This document shows, piece by piece, positions 1-7,726 of a stretch of 12,697 nt of DNA; the first letter of the stretch is position 1, and each line of letters opens with the position of its first letter. The DNA is from Candidatus Thorarchaeota archaeon (lineage in GTDB: Archaea > Asgardarchaeota > Thorarchaeia > Thorarchaeales > Thorarchaeaceae): positions 1-12,697 of the forward strand of contig JAEORO010000051.1 in assembly GCA_016840855.1 (NCBI GenBank). Reading direction: 5' to 3'. The position numbers were made by a program, and so were the translations under genes. Below the pieces are notes generated by a model. The model saw only the letters and a list, made by a program, of their open reading frames with translations. It was not told where the DNA came from and made no database searches.

Positions 1-910
1 ATGAATGAAGGAAATTTAGATAGTCGAGAACTCCATGAAAGGGAAGCGTAAGTTCTGCTTGACAGATAACATAGAAGTGAGTTTCGTCAACTTTTTCTGG
101 TTCGATAACTCCCAACTTGATAAAGGGCGTTAAGAATTCAAGATTACTGCTACGTTCAGGCGCAGTCCCAACAAGACCCATTATTCCCCAAGTTTCCCCA
201 AAAAGATCAATATCAATGGAAACATCATGCATTTCTACATCTGGATACTGCCAGATGTCAGGATAACCGTCATTCTGCTCATCAGCCATAACATTTGTAA
301 ATCCGTAAACCTCAACTGCATCAATTGCTTGAAAATACCCCGGTCCAGTTGTCGAGCTTCGTCCAATAAACAACAAGTATTCAATTGATGTGTTTAAATA
401 TTCAAAAAGGACATCTCCATTCAATACGCCATTGATGCCGAGCAAGCACCAATCATCGGTGATCACTGTTTCATTGGCAGTTGTGATATCCGGTTCTGTA
501 TAGGGATCGACCCAACTATACACTTCGAAGAGTGTATCAATATCTCCTCCATCGTCAAATCCCTTAAGCATGAGGGAGTCACTCATAATTGATTCATTTA
601 ACTTGAATAGAGCATATTCAAAGAGCAATGCAAAATTCATTTGCATTTTGAGACCGTCTGCGCTCCCAACTATGAATGAGGCGAGTTCTATCCCAGGGCT
701 GGTTTTGTTACCTGACCAGAGCTCAATAGAACCTACTATTTCTTCATCAGTATAGAGATTAAGTCCTTCAGCCACTAAATTGCTCTTTGTTCTTGTAGGA
801 AATTCCTGTACATGTGTATTTGTTGAACCGACAAAACTCAGTAAGAGTAAAAAGATTATCAACGAACACAATATCATTTTCTTACTCGTATTCCCATGAG
901 CGTGCATCAT
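1..910 (-). CDS. Secreted/cell-surface acidic hypothetical protein, 3' end outside the window (>303 aa)
   Basis: Manual translation from ATG 910 is stop-free to the window edge: MMHAHGNTSKKMILCSLIIFLLLLSFVGSTNTHVQEF...DEQNDGYPDIWQYP...LDYLNFLHS. It has a Sec-type signal/anchor (KK + hydrophobic run), GAGGAG 4 nt upstream, a D/E-rich body and several N-x-S/T sequons. It is absent from the ORF track, presumably because there is no stop in the window. Confidence 0.85.
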   Translation of the reverse strand, partial: MMHAHGNTSKKMILCSLIIFLLLLSFVGSTNTHVQEFPTRTKSNLVAEGLNLYTDEEIVGSIELWSGNKTSPGIELASFIVGSADGLKMQMNFALLFEYALFKLNESIMSDSLMLKGFDDGGDIDTLFEVYSWVDPYTEPDITTANETVITDDWCLLGINGVLNGDVLFEYLNTSIEYLLFIGRSSTTGPGYFQAIDAVEVYGFTNVMADEQNDGYPDIWQYPDVEMHDVSIDIDLFGETWGIMGLVGTAPERSSNLEFLTPFIKLGVIEPEKVDETHFYVICQAELTLPFHGVLDYLNFLHS

Positions 911-914
911 AATT

Positions 915-920
915 CTCCTC
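915..920 (-). promoter_or_regulatory. Shine-Dalgarno GAGGAG for the 910 gene
   Basis: Minus strand reads GAGGAGAATT-ATG-ATG. Confidence 0.7.
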
Positions 921-1076
921 TTGATTTTAAATCGGATGGGCAGAAACTGCAATTCAAAATTTCCATCAGCAATAGTTATTGGAAAACATGCATACTTCTG
1001 AACCACGCATCGACCTAGTTCGTTTTTCTCGTAGCATACTAATTAAGAAATCGTTGCTGAATCCGAGAAACCAAAA

Positions 1077-2279
1077 TTAGAACCGAACATACGATTCGAA
1101 TGTATCTGCTGGAAAGATATCATCAAGTTTCATTGCTGTTTTAGCATCACATTTGATTTCCTGCAGTGATCTGAGAAGAGTTGGGGGGGTAATTCCTCCA
1201 ATCATCTCTGATAGCTGAAATGCGTTAAGAGATATATCCGGCTTTGAATCACTCCGTTCAACTGTCAAATTGCCACCATCAGGAACGAGTTTATAGACTC
1301 CATTGTTCCATGGGCACTGATCATCATTCAATTCAACAGTGACATTTTCAGTTGTTTTTTCTGGAATCCTGATGCTTCGGCAGTAACCTTCAAAGTCAAT
1401 GACCCGCATCATCATTGAGCCCATCATATGTGTTTCAGTTTGATAGATGTCAGTAAAATAGTGTCTGACTGGGACATCAGCATCAGCCCACCACGTAATT
1501 TTACTGACATTGGCCGAATAATTTCTAACTAACTCAACAATTGAGGGGAAAACATCGTCGCTTGTATATCTCGACATACGTACAGTGAGTTCAATGGGTG
1601 GGAATGGCGGTCCTCTGGTGAAGTTGAACCAGACACATCCCACTGGACCATTCTTGTCCTCAAGTATATGCATAAAACCATTCTTGAAGGCATAATCCAA
1701 AAATTGATCATTAGAGAAGAACCTTGAACCAAACCGTGCCATGGATTTGTCGATTTGCTTAATTGTTCCTCTATCTTCTGGGTCTTTTGCTTCTCTTGAT
1801 GTTATGTCTTCTCTTGTCTTACCTACTCTGATTTGGTCTCTAGTGAAAACATGTCGAGCTCGTTTTTCTGCTAGAGCATATGAGAACTTCTCATAAAATG
1901 GTTTATGGAAAGGGTCCAATATGGAGAGTGGTGCTTTCTCCTCGCGCATCCTTGGGAAAGAGATGTCAAAGAGCTTCCTGACAAGTCCCTTCCTGCGGTA
2001 AGCAGCATCAGATGTGACTGCCCAGACTCCTGCAAATCTTACTGGTGCATCCCTAATGATTTGCTCATGTGCAGATGTTGTGAAGAATGAAAGGCTTGAA
2101 ACGACTTTACCATTATCAACTGCAACGTATGCATAGTTCTCTTTCTCAGGATTATTCCATCTCTTGATCCATTCTTGCTTCAGATATTCTTCATAGTTTG
2201 TTGTGGCTTCAAATGCCTTCCAGAGAATTCTGATTGCTGATTCCCTGTCTTCTTCGCGGGCTTCCCTTATCTCTATCAT
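1077..2279 (-). CDS. Eis-like GNAT family N-acetyltransferase (GNAT + GNAT-like + SCP2-like C-terminal domain)
   Basis: About 400 aa. It has the acetyl-CoA motif 'AVTSDAAYRRKGLVRKL', 'LDPFHKPFYEKFSY', the C-terminal 'DDQCPWNNGVY' typical of Eis SCP2-like domains, and a terminal Phe as in Eis. ATG 2279 (MIEIRE) is preferred over the track's TTG at 2297. Confidence 0.88.
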   Translation of the reverse strand: MIEIREAREEDRESAIRILWKAFEATTNYEEYLKQEWIKRWNNPEKENYAYVAVDNGKVVSSLSFFTTSAHEQIIRDAPVRFAGVWAVTSDAAYRRKGLVRKLFDISFPRMREEKAPLSILDPFHKPFYEKFSYALAEKRARHVFTRDQIRVGKTREDITSREAKDPEDRGTIKQIDKSMARFGSRFFSNDQFLDYAFKNGFMHILEDKNGPVGCVWFNFTRGPPFPPIELTVRMSRYTSDDVFPSIVELVRNYSANVSKITWWADADVPVRHYFTDIYQTETHMMGSMMMRVIDFEGYCRSIRIPEKTTENVTVELNDDQCPWNNGVYKLVPDGGNLTVERSDSKPDISLNAFQLSEMIGGITPPTLLRSLQEIKCDAKTAMKLDDIFPADTFESYVRF

Positions 2280-2344
2280 AGAACTTTTGCTAACCAAAAG
2301 ACTTCAAGTGCTTTTCGTATCAAGCGAATTTCAATGTGTCTTGA

Positions 2345-2357
2345 TAACAATAGTTAA
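2345..2357. promoter_or_regulatory. Candidate operator TAAC-AATA-GTTAA in a divergent intergenic region
   Basis: Exact reverse complement of 8368-8380. Contains a TAAC-N4-GTTA dyad and overlaps the perfect palindrome TAGTTAACTA (2351-2360). Confidence 0.4.
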
Positions 2358-2381
2358 CTACTTCAATTCCACATAAGAATT

Positions 2382-2642
2382 ATGCCAATCAATGATCCTG
2401 CACTGGACTCACGTAAGTATAGAGAGATATTGACTGCATTGGTAATGACTGTTGCATTTGCACTGACGATGATATACCCCGATATAGTTCCCCTAGCTAT
2501 TTACGTAATTCAACCTGGTGCTTCTGCTATGAGAGATTCTTCAATACCAGTTGCTAGGTCATTAGTAAATGCAATAATTTGGGGAATTGTTGCATATGCA
2601 CTAGTCAGAGTATCAGAGCGATTGAGACATAAGAATCGATAA
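2382..2642 (+). CDS. Small hypothetical membrane protein (2 predicted TM helices)
   Basis: 86 aa with two hydrophobic segments (ILTALVMTVAFALTMIY..., LVNAIIWGIVAYALV) and a basic C-terminus. It fills the gap between two real genes, and TATA-like TTAACTA lies about 28 nt upstream. Confidence 0.65.
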   Translation: MPINDPALDSRKYREILTALVMTVAFALTMIYPDIVPLAIYVIQPGASAMRDSSIPVARSLVNAIIWGIVAYALVRVSERLRHKNR

Positions 2643-2656
2643 GGAATATGATGGTT

Positions 2657-3541
2657 TCAACTGAACTCATCTTGTATTTTATTGACAAGTATTTCGCTCT
2701 CTTTCGAGTCAGTAATGAACTCAATCTCATCAAATGATGAAATACCAATTCCTAGTTCAACAGCACGGGCTATCTGTTCTTGCTTAAAGATAGGACCTTT
2801 AGAAACCTCTGGAGTTGTGCCAAGCATTCTCAGAAGGGCAACCCCAATGGCATCGATAGCTATCTTGTCAGTACCAGCAACAAAGACATTTGCATTCTTC
2901 AGAGTGCCTTCCATAGGTCCGCCATTAACAAACGCGAGAACTCCATCCATTATAATAAAATCCCATTTGTAAGCGGCATTTATCTCTGCAATCATCTTTC
3001 TCTGGTGAGGAGAACTATGCAGCTCACTCATGTACCTATAACCTTCTCGAGGAACAAGACCTGTAGCATTTTTCATTGAGAGCGTGAAATGGCCACCATA
3101 CATATGCGTCTTTAGGCAACATGTTTCCACAACGCATTCTGCTATATCATAGATTTTGGCTAAGAGAAATCCATCATTCCAATGACTATCCCTGGGTTTC
3201 TTCAAAATATATTCCGTTTCCGGAACTGCTGAAAGATTTACAATCTTGAATCCTAATTCATCTGCAAGACCATAGAGGCCTACTTCCTTGAATGTCTGCT
3301 CAGTGTCTGCTGGTCCGGCTCTCTCAGCTACCGTGATTGATCTTGCCTTCAATTCCTGCATTTTCTTAATTATCTGCTTCAATGTATCTATATGTGTGGA
3401 TGCAGGAGGTGGGTCCGCTGTATTGAAATTAGGCTTTAGAACAACATTCTTTCCCTTAACAAGATTGATTCCAAGAAGTTCGAATGACTTGTTTACTCCG
3501 TAGACCCGATCATTCGTCGAGATCACAGCAACCTTTGTCAT
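2657..3541 (-). CDS. DUF362 domain-containing protein
   Basis: Family motifs 'VVLKPN', 'STH', 'LKTH..GHFTLSMKN..G', 'IMDG...GGP..G' and 'D.IAIDA'. No fused ferredoxin domain. Confidence 0.9.
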   Translation of the reverse strand: MTKVAVISTNDRVYGVNKSFELLGINLVKGKNVVLKPNFNTADPPPASTHIDTLKQIIKKMQELKARSITVAERAGPADTEQTFKEVGLYGLADELGFKIVNLSAVPETEYILKKPRDSHWNDGFLLAKIYDIAECVVETCCLKTHMYGGHFTLSMKNATGLVPREGYRYMSELHSSPHQRKMIAEINAAYKWDFIIMDGVLAFVNGGPMEGTLKNANVFVAGTDKIAIDAIGVALLRMLGTTPEVSKGPIFKQEQIARAVELGIGISSFDEIEFITDSKESEILVNKIQDEFS

Positions 3542-3567
3542 GATGGTTCATCTTCTGGTTCTCTAGG

Positions 3568-3574
3568 TTTAAAA
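3568..3574 (-). promoter_or_regulatory. Putative TATA box (TTTTAAA) for a leaderless DUF362 transcript
   Basis: Lies 27-33 nt upstream of ATG 3541; no SD visible. Confidence 0.45.
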
Positions 3575-3607
3575 TAACATATGATGCTTTTGCAACAGCA
3601 GAATCCT

Positions 3608-4405
3608 TCAATCAATGGTGAGTGCCATTTTATGGAGTCGGTGGTGTAGACGGTAATTGCGTTTTTCACAAAGCTCCACGAGTTCAGGTATGTCTGTAAA
3701 AGTGACTCGGCAATAATCATGTTCTGGAAGCTTAAAATCCAACAAACCTACCATAAAATCATCGAAGCACTCAACACTAGTAACTTCAAATGGAAAGCAT
3801 CCAGGGAATGAAGGCGTGAAACGACATGCACCTTCAATGTTTCCTTCATTATCTTTTAGTGTCAAGACTCGGAATTCTTCATAGGTCAAGAATCTCCTGA
3901 TCTGTTCAGTAGGGAGTGATGTAAACTTTTGTCCAACTAATTCGATTTCTGACTCTTGTATTTCCTGACAAGTATACTTGTTTCTAGGTTCAGTTGAATC
4001 GTAGGGAACAAAATAGTGCCAAGTTGTTCCTACTCTTCTGAATCCGTATTTTTTGTATAAGTTCTGAGCTGTTTCATTGAAGTCTTGCGTATACAGATGA
4101 ACTTCTCTAATCTCTCCCTTTTTTTGAAACCACTCAATCGCATACGCCATGAGCATAGAACCATAACCCTTTCCTTGTTTAGATTTAGCGATTCCAATTC
4201 GTCCAAGGTGTGCCGCATCTACTCCAAAGCGTGAAACAATGAGGTTTCCAATAATCTGGTCATCTTGGTCTAATACAAAACATCCCTCTCGTTCTACTCG
4301 TTTTCTGAACCAGTCCTCTTCTATAGGGTCATCAGGAAAGATCTCTAAATCCATCTCATGTATCTGTTCCCAGTCTTCAGCTTTCATTGGTCTTATATCG
4401 GGCAT
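3608..4405 (-). CDS. GNAT family N-acetyltransferase (RimI-like N-terminal domain plus uncharacterised C-terminal domain)
   Basis: 'IRPMKAED', 'HLGRIGIAKSKQGKGYGSMLM' and 'NETAQNLYKKYGF', followed by about 130 aa of additional domain. Confidence 0.88.
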   Translation of the reverse strand: MPDIRPMKAEDWEQIHEMDLEIFPDDPIEEDWFRKRVEREGCFVLDQDDQIIGNLIVSRFGVDAAHLGRIGIAKSKQGKGYGSMLMAYAIEWFQKKGEIREVHLYTQDFNETAQNLYKKYGFRRVGTTWHYFVPYDSTEPRNKYTCQEIQESEIELVGQKFTSLPTEQIRRFLTYEEFRVLTLKDNEGNIEGACRFTPSFPGCFPFEVTSVECFDDFMVGLLDFKLPEHDYCRVTFTDIPELVELCEKRNYRLHHRLHKMALTID

Positions 4406-4486
4406 GAAACTTCAGGTCGTCGTATCTCTTACTTCTTTATGAAAATGTTTGGTCAACTTTCATCGTCCTCGCTGAAGCCGAGTCGG

Positions 4487-4492
4487 TTATAA
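4487..4492 (+). promoter_or_regulatory. Putative TATA box (TTATAA) for a leaderless arsN2-like/flavin reductase transcript
   Basis: Lies 25-30 nt upstream of ATG 4517, within the palindrome GTTATAAC; no SD before 4517. Confidence 0.55.
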
Positions 4493-4516
4493 CTGATTTT
4501 AGTTTTCTTCAGAAAT

Positions 4517-4972
4517 ATGAATAATAAACTCGAGATTGAAGGTGCAAAGAAATCTGACCTCGCTGCGATTAAGGTTTTACTACAATCAACAGAGCTTCCA
4601 ACTGATGGTATTGAAGCCCACCTGGAAAATTTTCTTGTCATCAGAAATCCAAAAGGAATCTCTGGATCAGATCTACTGGTAGGATCAATTGGATTAGAGG
4701 TATATAGGAAATCAGCTCTATTGCGGTCTCTTGCTGTACACCCCAACTTTCAGGGATCCGGATTGGGCACAAGATTGGTCGATAGCATAATCAATGTTGC
4801 CAAGAAAAAAGGCATAACTCAGCTTTTCCTATTGACGGACACCGCTGAGGATTTCTTCAAGAAAAAAGGATTTGTGATTGTCGAGCGAGAAAAAGTACCT
4901 GAGGAAATGAAGAAATCAATCGAATTTACAACTCTCTGTACAAGTTCCCCCTCTATGATGCGTGCGATTTAA
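4517..4972 (+). CDS. arsN2: ArsN2-like (short ArgA-related) GNAT N-acetyltransferase
   Basis: 'LPTDGI', 'VGSIGLEVY...ALLRSLAVHP..QGSGLG', 'LFLLTDTAEDFF...GF' and 'R..VP.....S.EF..LC.SS' match the ArsN2 family pattern, including the C-terminal Cys. The substrate is not demonstrated. Confidence 0.75.
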   Translation: MNNKLEIEGAKKSDLAAIKVLLQSTELPTDGIEAHLENFLVIRNPKGISGSDLLVGSIGLEVYRKSALLRSLAVHPNFQGSGLGTRLVDSIINVAKKKGITQLFLLTDTAEDFFKKKGFVIVEREKVPEEMKKSIEFTTLCTSSPSMMRAI

Positions 4973-4997
4973 AGACTATAGAAAAGGAGAGGTAGAA

Positions 4998-5561
4998 ATG
5001 TCAAAGGTTGAAGTCAAGGGGAGAGTATCTCCCTTTCCAATGCCAGTAGCTATTCTTGGTGTGATGCTCAAAGATAGACCAAACTTCATGACCATTGCTT
5101 GGTTTAATCGATTCAATGGAAACCCATCAATTTGGGGGGTTGGAATTGGAAAAGGTAAGATTACTCTTGAGGCTATTGAGAAACATGGTCAGTTCAGTAT
5201 CAATTTTCCCAGTTCTGACCAAATAGCAGTAACAGATTATTGCGGAATAGTATCGGGTAGGGATGTTGACAAAAGTAGACTGTTTAATGTATTCAATGGA
5301 ACCTTAGAGCATGCACCTATGATTGAGGAGTGTCCATTGAACCTAGAATGTACACTTTACAAACTGGTGGAGCTTCCAAAAGCTGTTCTAGTACTTGGAG
5401 AGGTCATATCTGCATACTCTGATGATCGATTCATGACAAACAGCATTCTAGACCCAAAGAAGGTTGATCCAATTCTTCTCACTCAGCCTGACAACCATTA
5501 TTGGACAATTGGGGATATAGTAGGCGATGCGTTTGAGGTTGGTAATAAACTCAAACAATGA
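4998..5561 (+). CDS. Flavin reductase family protein (flavoredoxin-like, FMN-binding split barrel)
   Basis: 'PMPVAILG', 'NFMTIAW', 'FSINFP', 'DYCGIVSGRDVDK' and 'APMIEECPLNLEC'. The SD-like AGGAGAGGT precedes ATG 4998, which is preferred over the track start at 4962. Confidence 0.92.
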   Translation: MSKVEVKGRVSPFPMPVAILGVMLKDRPNFMTIAWFNRFNGNPSIWGVGIGKGKITLEAIEKHGQFSINFPSSDQIAVTDYCGIVSGRDVDKSRLFNVFNGTLEHAPMIEECPLNLECTLYKLVELPKAVLVLGEVISAYSDDRFMTNSILDPKKVDPILLTQPDNHYWTIGDIVGDAFEVGNKLKQ

Positions 5562-5563
5562 AG

Positions 5564-5569
5564 TTTTTT
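5564..5569 (+). terminator. Oligo-T archaeal-type terminator candidate
   Basis: T6 run 2 nt after the TGA of the flavin reductase. Confidence 0.4.
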
Positions 5570-5621
5570 ACCGCGTCAAAATTTCTTTGTTCGAAACAAA
5601 AATTAAGCCAATTCATTCTCA

Positions 5622-5627
5622 TTTATA
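5622..5627 (+). promoter_or_regulatory. Putative TATA box (TTTATA) for a leaderless DinB-family transcript
   Basis: Starts 28 nt upstream of ATG 5650. Confidence 0.55.
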
Positions 5628-5649
5628 TTATTCATAGGTGGGAAAACTA

Positions 5650-6228
5650 ATGACTCAAGGTCCAAAGTCGATTGTAATTGATACACTTGAAATCGCAGAA
5701 GCAAATCTGCTTCATTCATTTCTAGGCTTACATCCTGAAGATGTCCAAAAACAACCACTCCCCGAGATCAACAACATCATGTGGATTCTGGGACATTGCT
5801 TCGTTCATTTTCACTTGGTCCTGTGTAGTACCTGCCAAGAATTAGATATGTTCTCTGAGGAAGTTGGGTACTACTTCCGATTCGGAACAACAAAAGAGGA
5901 AATATCTAGAGATGGTCCTCCTCTTTCATGTGCTACACTCATCGATGAGTATCTAAAGATATCCGCCTCTGGTTTTTCATATCTTCAGTCCTTGATGGAT
6001 GCGGATTTTGATAAGATTATATTTCCAGAATATGGCGAAAATCTATTACAAAGTGTCCAGAGAATCGCACTTCATTACATGGGTCATGTAGGCCAGATAG
6101 TTCTAATACGGAGAGTTCTTGGTAATCCTGGTCCAACATTCGTTGGAGGTATCTCGTCGATTGGCCGTTCAAAAATAAAACAAAAGTGGCAAACGTGGTG
6201 GTCTGAACACCGAGAATCCTTTGAATAA
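5650..6228 (+). CDS. DinB/YfiT-like four-helix-bundle protein (putative metal-dependent thiol S-transferase/hydrolase)
   Basis: 'NNIMWILGH' and 'ALHYMGHVGQI..IRR.LG' supply the three conserved His ligands. ATG 5650 is preferred; GTG 5638 is possible. Confidence 0.85.
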   Translation: MTQGPKSIVIDTLEIAEANLLHSFLGLHPEDVQKQPLPEINNIMWILGHCFVHFHLVLCSTCQELDMFSEEVGYYFRFGTTKEEISRDGPPLSCATLIDEYLKISASGFSYLQSLMDADFDKIIFPEYGENLLQSVQRIALHYMGHVGQIVLIRRVLGNPGPTFVGGISSIGRSKIKQKWQTWWSEHRESFE

Positions 6229-6270
6229 AAAAACTGGTACAATGAAGATTGCTTTGTTTTGACTAATATT

Positions 6271-7500
6271 TTACGATATTACTATCTGCTTAACTCTACC
6301 ATCAATGATGGGCGTTTCATGGCGCGGGATGAGTTTCCTTAATCTCTCAAAATTAATAATCAAGGCAAACAGACCAAAGAATAGACCTAGGAGAAGGTAC
6401 ACGTAGAGAACACCATCAATTGAAAATAACCATCTAGCTGGACCTAAAACGAACCAGAGTCCTGCTGCAACAATGGATGTTGGTTTCATAATCCCTTGCA
6501 TATTTGTATTTCTTGCCATGTCTTGAAATGGTAATAATCCTATAAGAATGATCACGGGAAACGGGAAAAACATCATTCTATTCCAGTCAGTAGCGAACAT
6601 GATTGTAACAGCAGTTCCTGCCAGTAGTATTACAAGCATAAGTTTGTCTTTCCTTGAAAGAAAAATGAACCCTACAACTGCACTGAACAATATAATTCCA
6701 TAGACCCAAGTCGCTCGTAAAATAAGTACTTGAATTGTTTGAAGCGCAATTTTGGGCAAGCTATTAGACAGGTTAATTCCATTGTATGTCATGTTCTCCA
6801 ATACAGTTTCAAATGTATAGCTTACAGATCGTGATATTGTAATAATCCCTAACACTGTCCCTGTGACTAAGGAAAAGAATGTGGCAATCCAATTACGGTT
6901 GATTATCGAATCTACAACAACAACGGGAACAATGAAAATGAACGACTCCTTGACAAAGAAACCCAATACAAGAAGTGGAATTGCCCACAATGGTTCTTTC
7001 CGTTCAAGAAGTAAGAGAGTTGCAATGACCAGACACAAATACACTGGATCAACAAGACCAAATCCTATCAGGTGGTACTGGAAGATGTTTGAGCCCATGA
7101 ATATGACTACACCAAAATATGAGAGTTCCAGGCTCAATCCTTTCAATTTGATGTAATCAAAAAGCAGAATTGATGTCAATACAAGACTAATTATTGTTAT
7201 TCCAAGAAATACCCACTTGTGAAAAAAAACTGGGAAAAAGCTCACAATCCAAGGAACAATAATTCGATAGCTGAATGGAATCTCCACAAATAGCCCTTCA
7301 GCCATCCTAGCATAGGAAATCATATCGCCAAAACCTGGCCAATCCAAACTGGATTGTGGCAGGATAACTGCGAGATAAATCATATTCAATAGCAGAATAG
7401 TTATTCTGGGATGCGACCTGATAATCCAAGCCAACCGAATTTTGAACCAATCTAGCGCACTGTTATTCTGCAAAATCCTCACGATTCCACATTTTTTCAT
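6271..7500 (-). CDS. Polytopic membrane protein, probable GT-C-fold glycosyltransferase-like
   Basis: About 10 hydrophobic segments. The first external loop has 'GDMISYARMA...PFSYRIIVPW', followed by 'VDP' and 'FVKES', a layout seen in PMT/ArnT-like GT-C proteins. The exact start is uncertain. Confidence 0.6.
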   Translation of the reverse strand: MKKCGIVRILQNNSALDWFKIRLAWIIRSHPRITILLLNMIYLAVILPQSSLDWPGFGDMISYARMAEGLFVEIPFSYRIIVPWIVSFFPVFFHKWVFLGITIISLVLTSILLFDYIKLKGLSLELSYFGVVIFMGSNIFQYHLIGFGLVDPVYLCLVIATLLLLERKEPLWAIPLLVLGFFVKESFIFIVPVVVVDSIINRNWIATFFSLVTGTVLGIITISRSVSYTFETVLENMTYNGINLSNSLPKIALQTIQVLILRATWVYGIILFSAVVGFIFLSRKDKLMLVILLAGTAVTIMFATDWNRMMFFPFPVIILIGLLPFQDMARNTNMQGIMKPTSIVAAGLWFVLGPARWLFSIDGVLYVYLLLGLFFGLFALIINFERLRKLIPRHETPIIDGRVKQIVIS

Positions 7501-7544
7501 TTGCTTTTAGAAACGCCCAGCTAATTTTCAAAATTCAATATGCC

Positions 7545-7562
7545 CCTTTATTAAGAGTTTCG
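7545..7562 (-). promoter_or_regulatory. Putative BRE-TATA promoter for the membrane protein gene
   Basis: Minus strand reads CGAAACTCTTAATAAAAG (purine-rich BRE-like element, then TTAATA) about 45-60 nt upstream of 7500. Confidence 0.4.
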
Positions 7563-7726
7563 CGATTTGGAGTTGAGCTGATGGGTGAGAACTAACATCT
7601 CATCATCTTCTAATCACTAACCTTATTTTGGGTCATGCACTGGTTTTTTCGTGGTCACTCGACACGGGAGGAGCTTTGACCACATAACGCACCCAGACAA
7701 AATCCATTGCTATGGAGGAAACCAAC

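Noticed and set aside
570-755. 61-aa plus-strand ORF
   Set aside because: Antisense shadow of the long 910->1 gene; no recognisable motifs.
1529-2090. ORFs 1529-1732 (-) and 1905-2090 (+, Cys-rich)
   Set aside because: Fully nested in the Eis-like gene. The Cys richness is a likely antisense by-product with no coherent metal-binding spacing or start signals.
2682-3503. Plus-strand ORFs 2682-2972, 2780-3079 and 3288-3503
   Set aside because: Antisense to the well-supported DUF362 gene.
3538-4746. ORFs 3538-3720, 4030-4218, 4239-4442 and 4453-4746
   Set aside because: They overlap the GNAT genes in alternative frames or strands and have no family features.
2657-5561. TGA stops of the DUF362, GNAT and flavin reductase genes as possible selenocysteine read-through
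   Set aside because: Each protein appears complete at its TGA, and I saw no SECIS-like hairpin.
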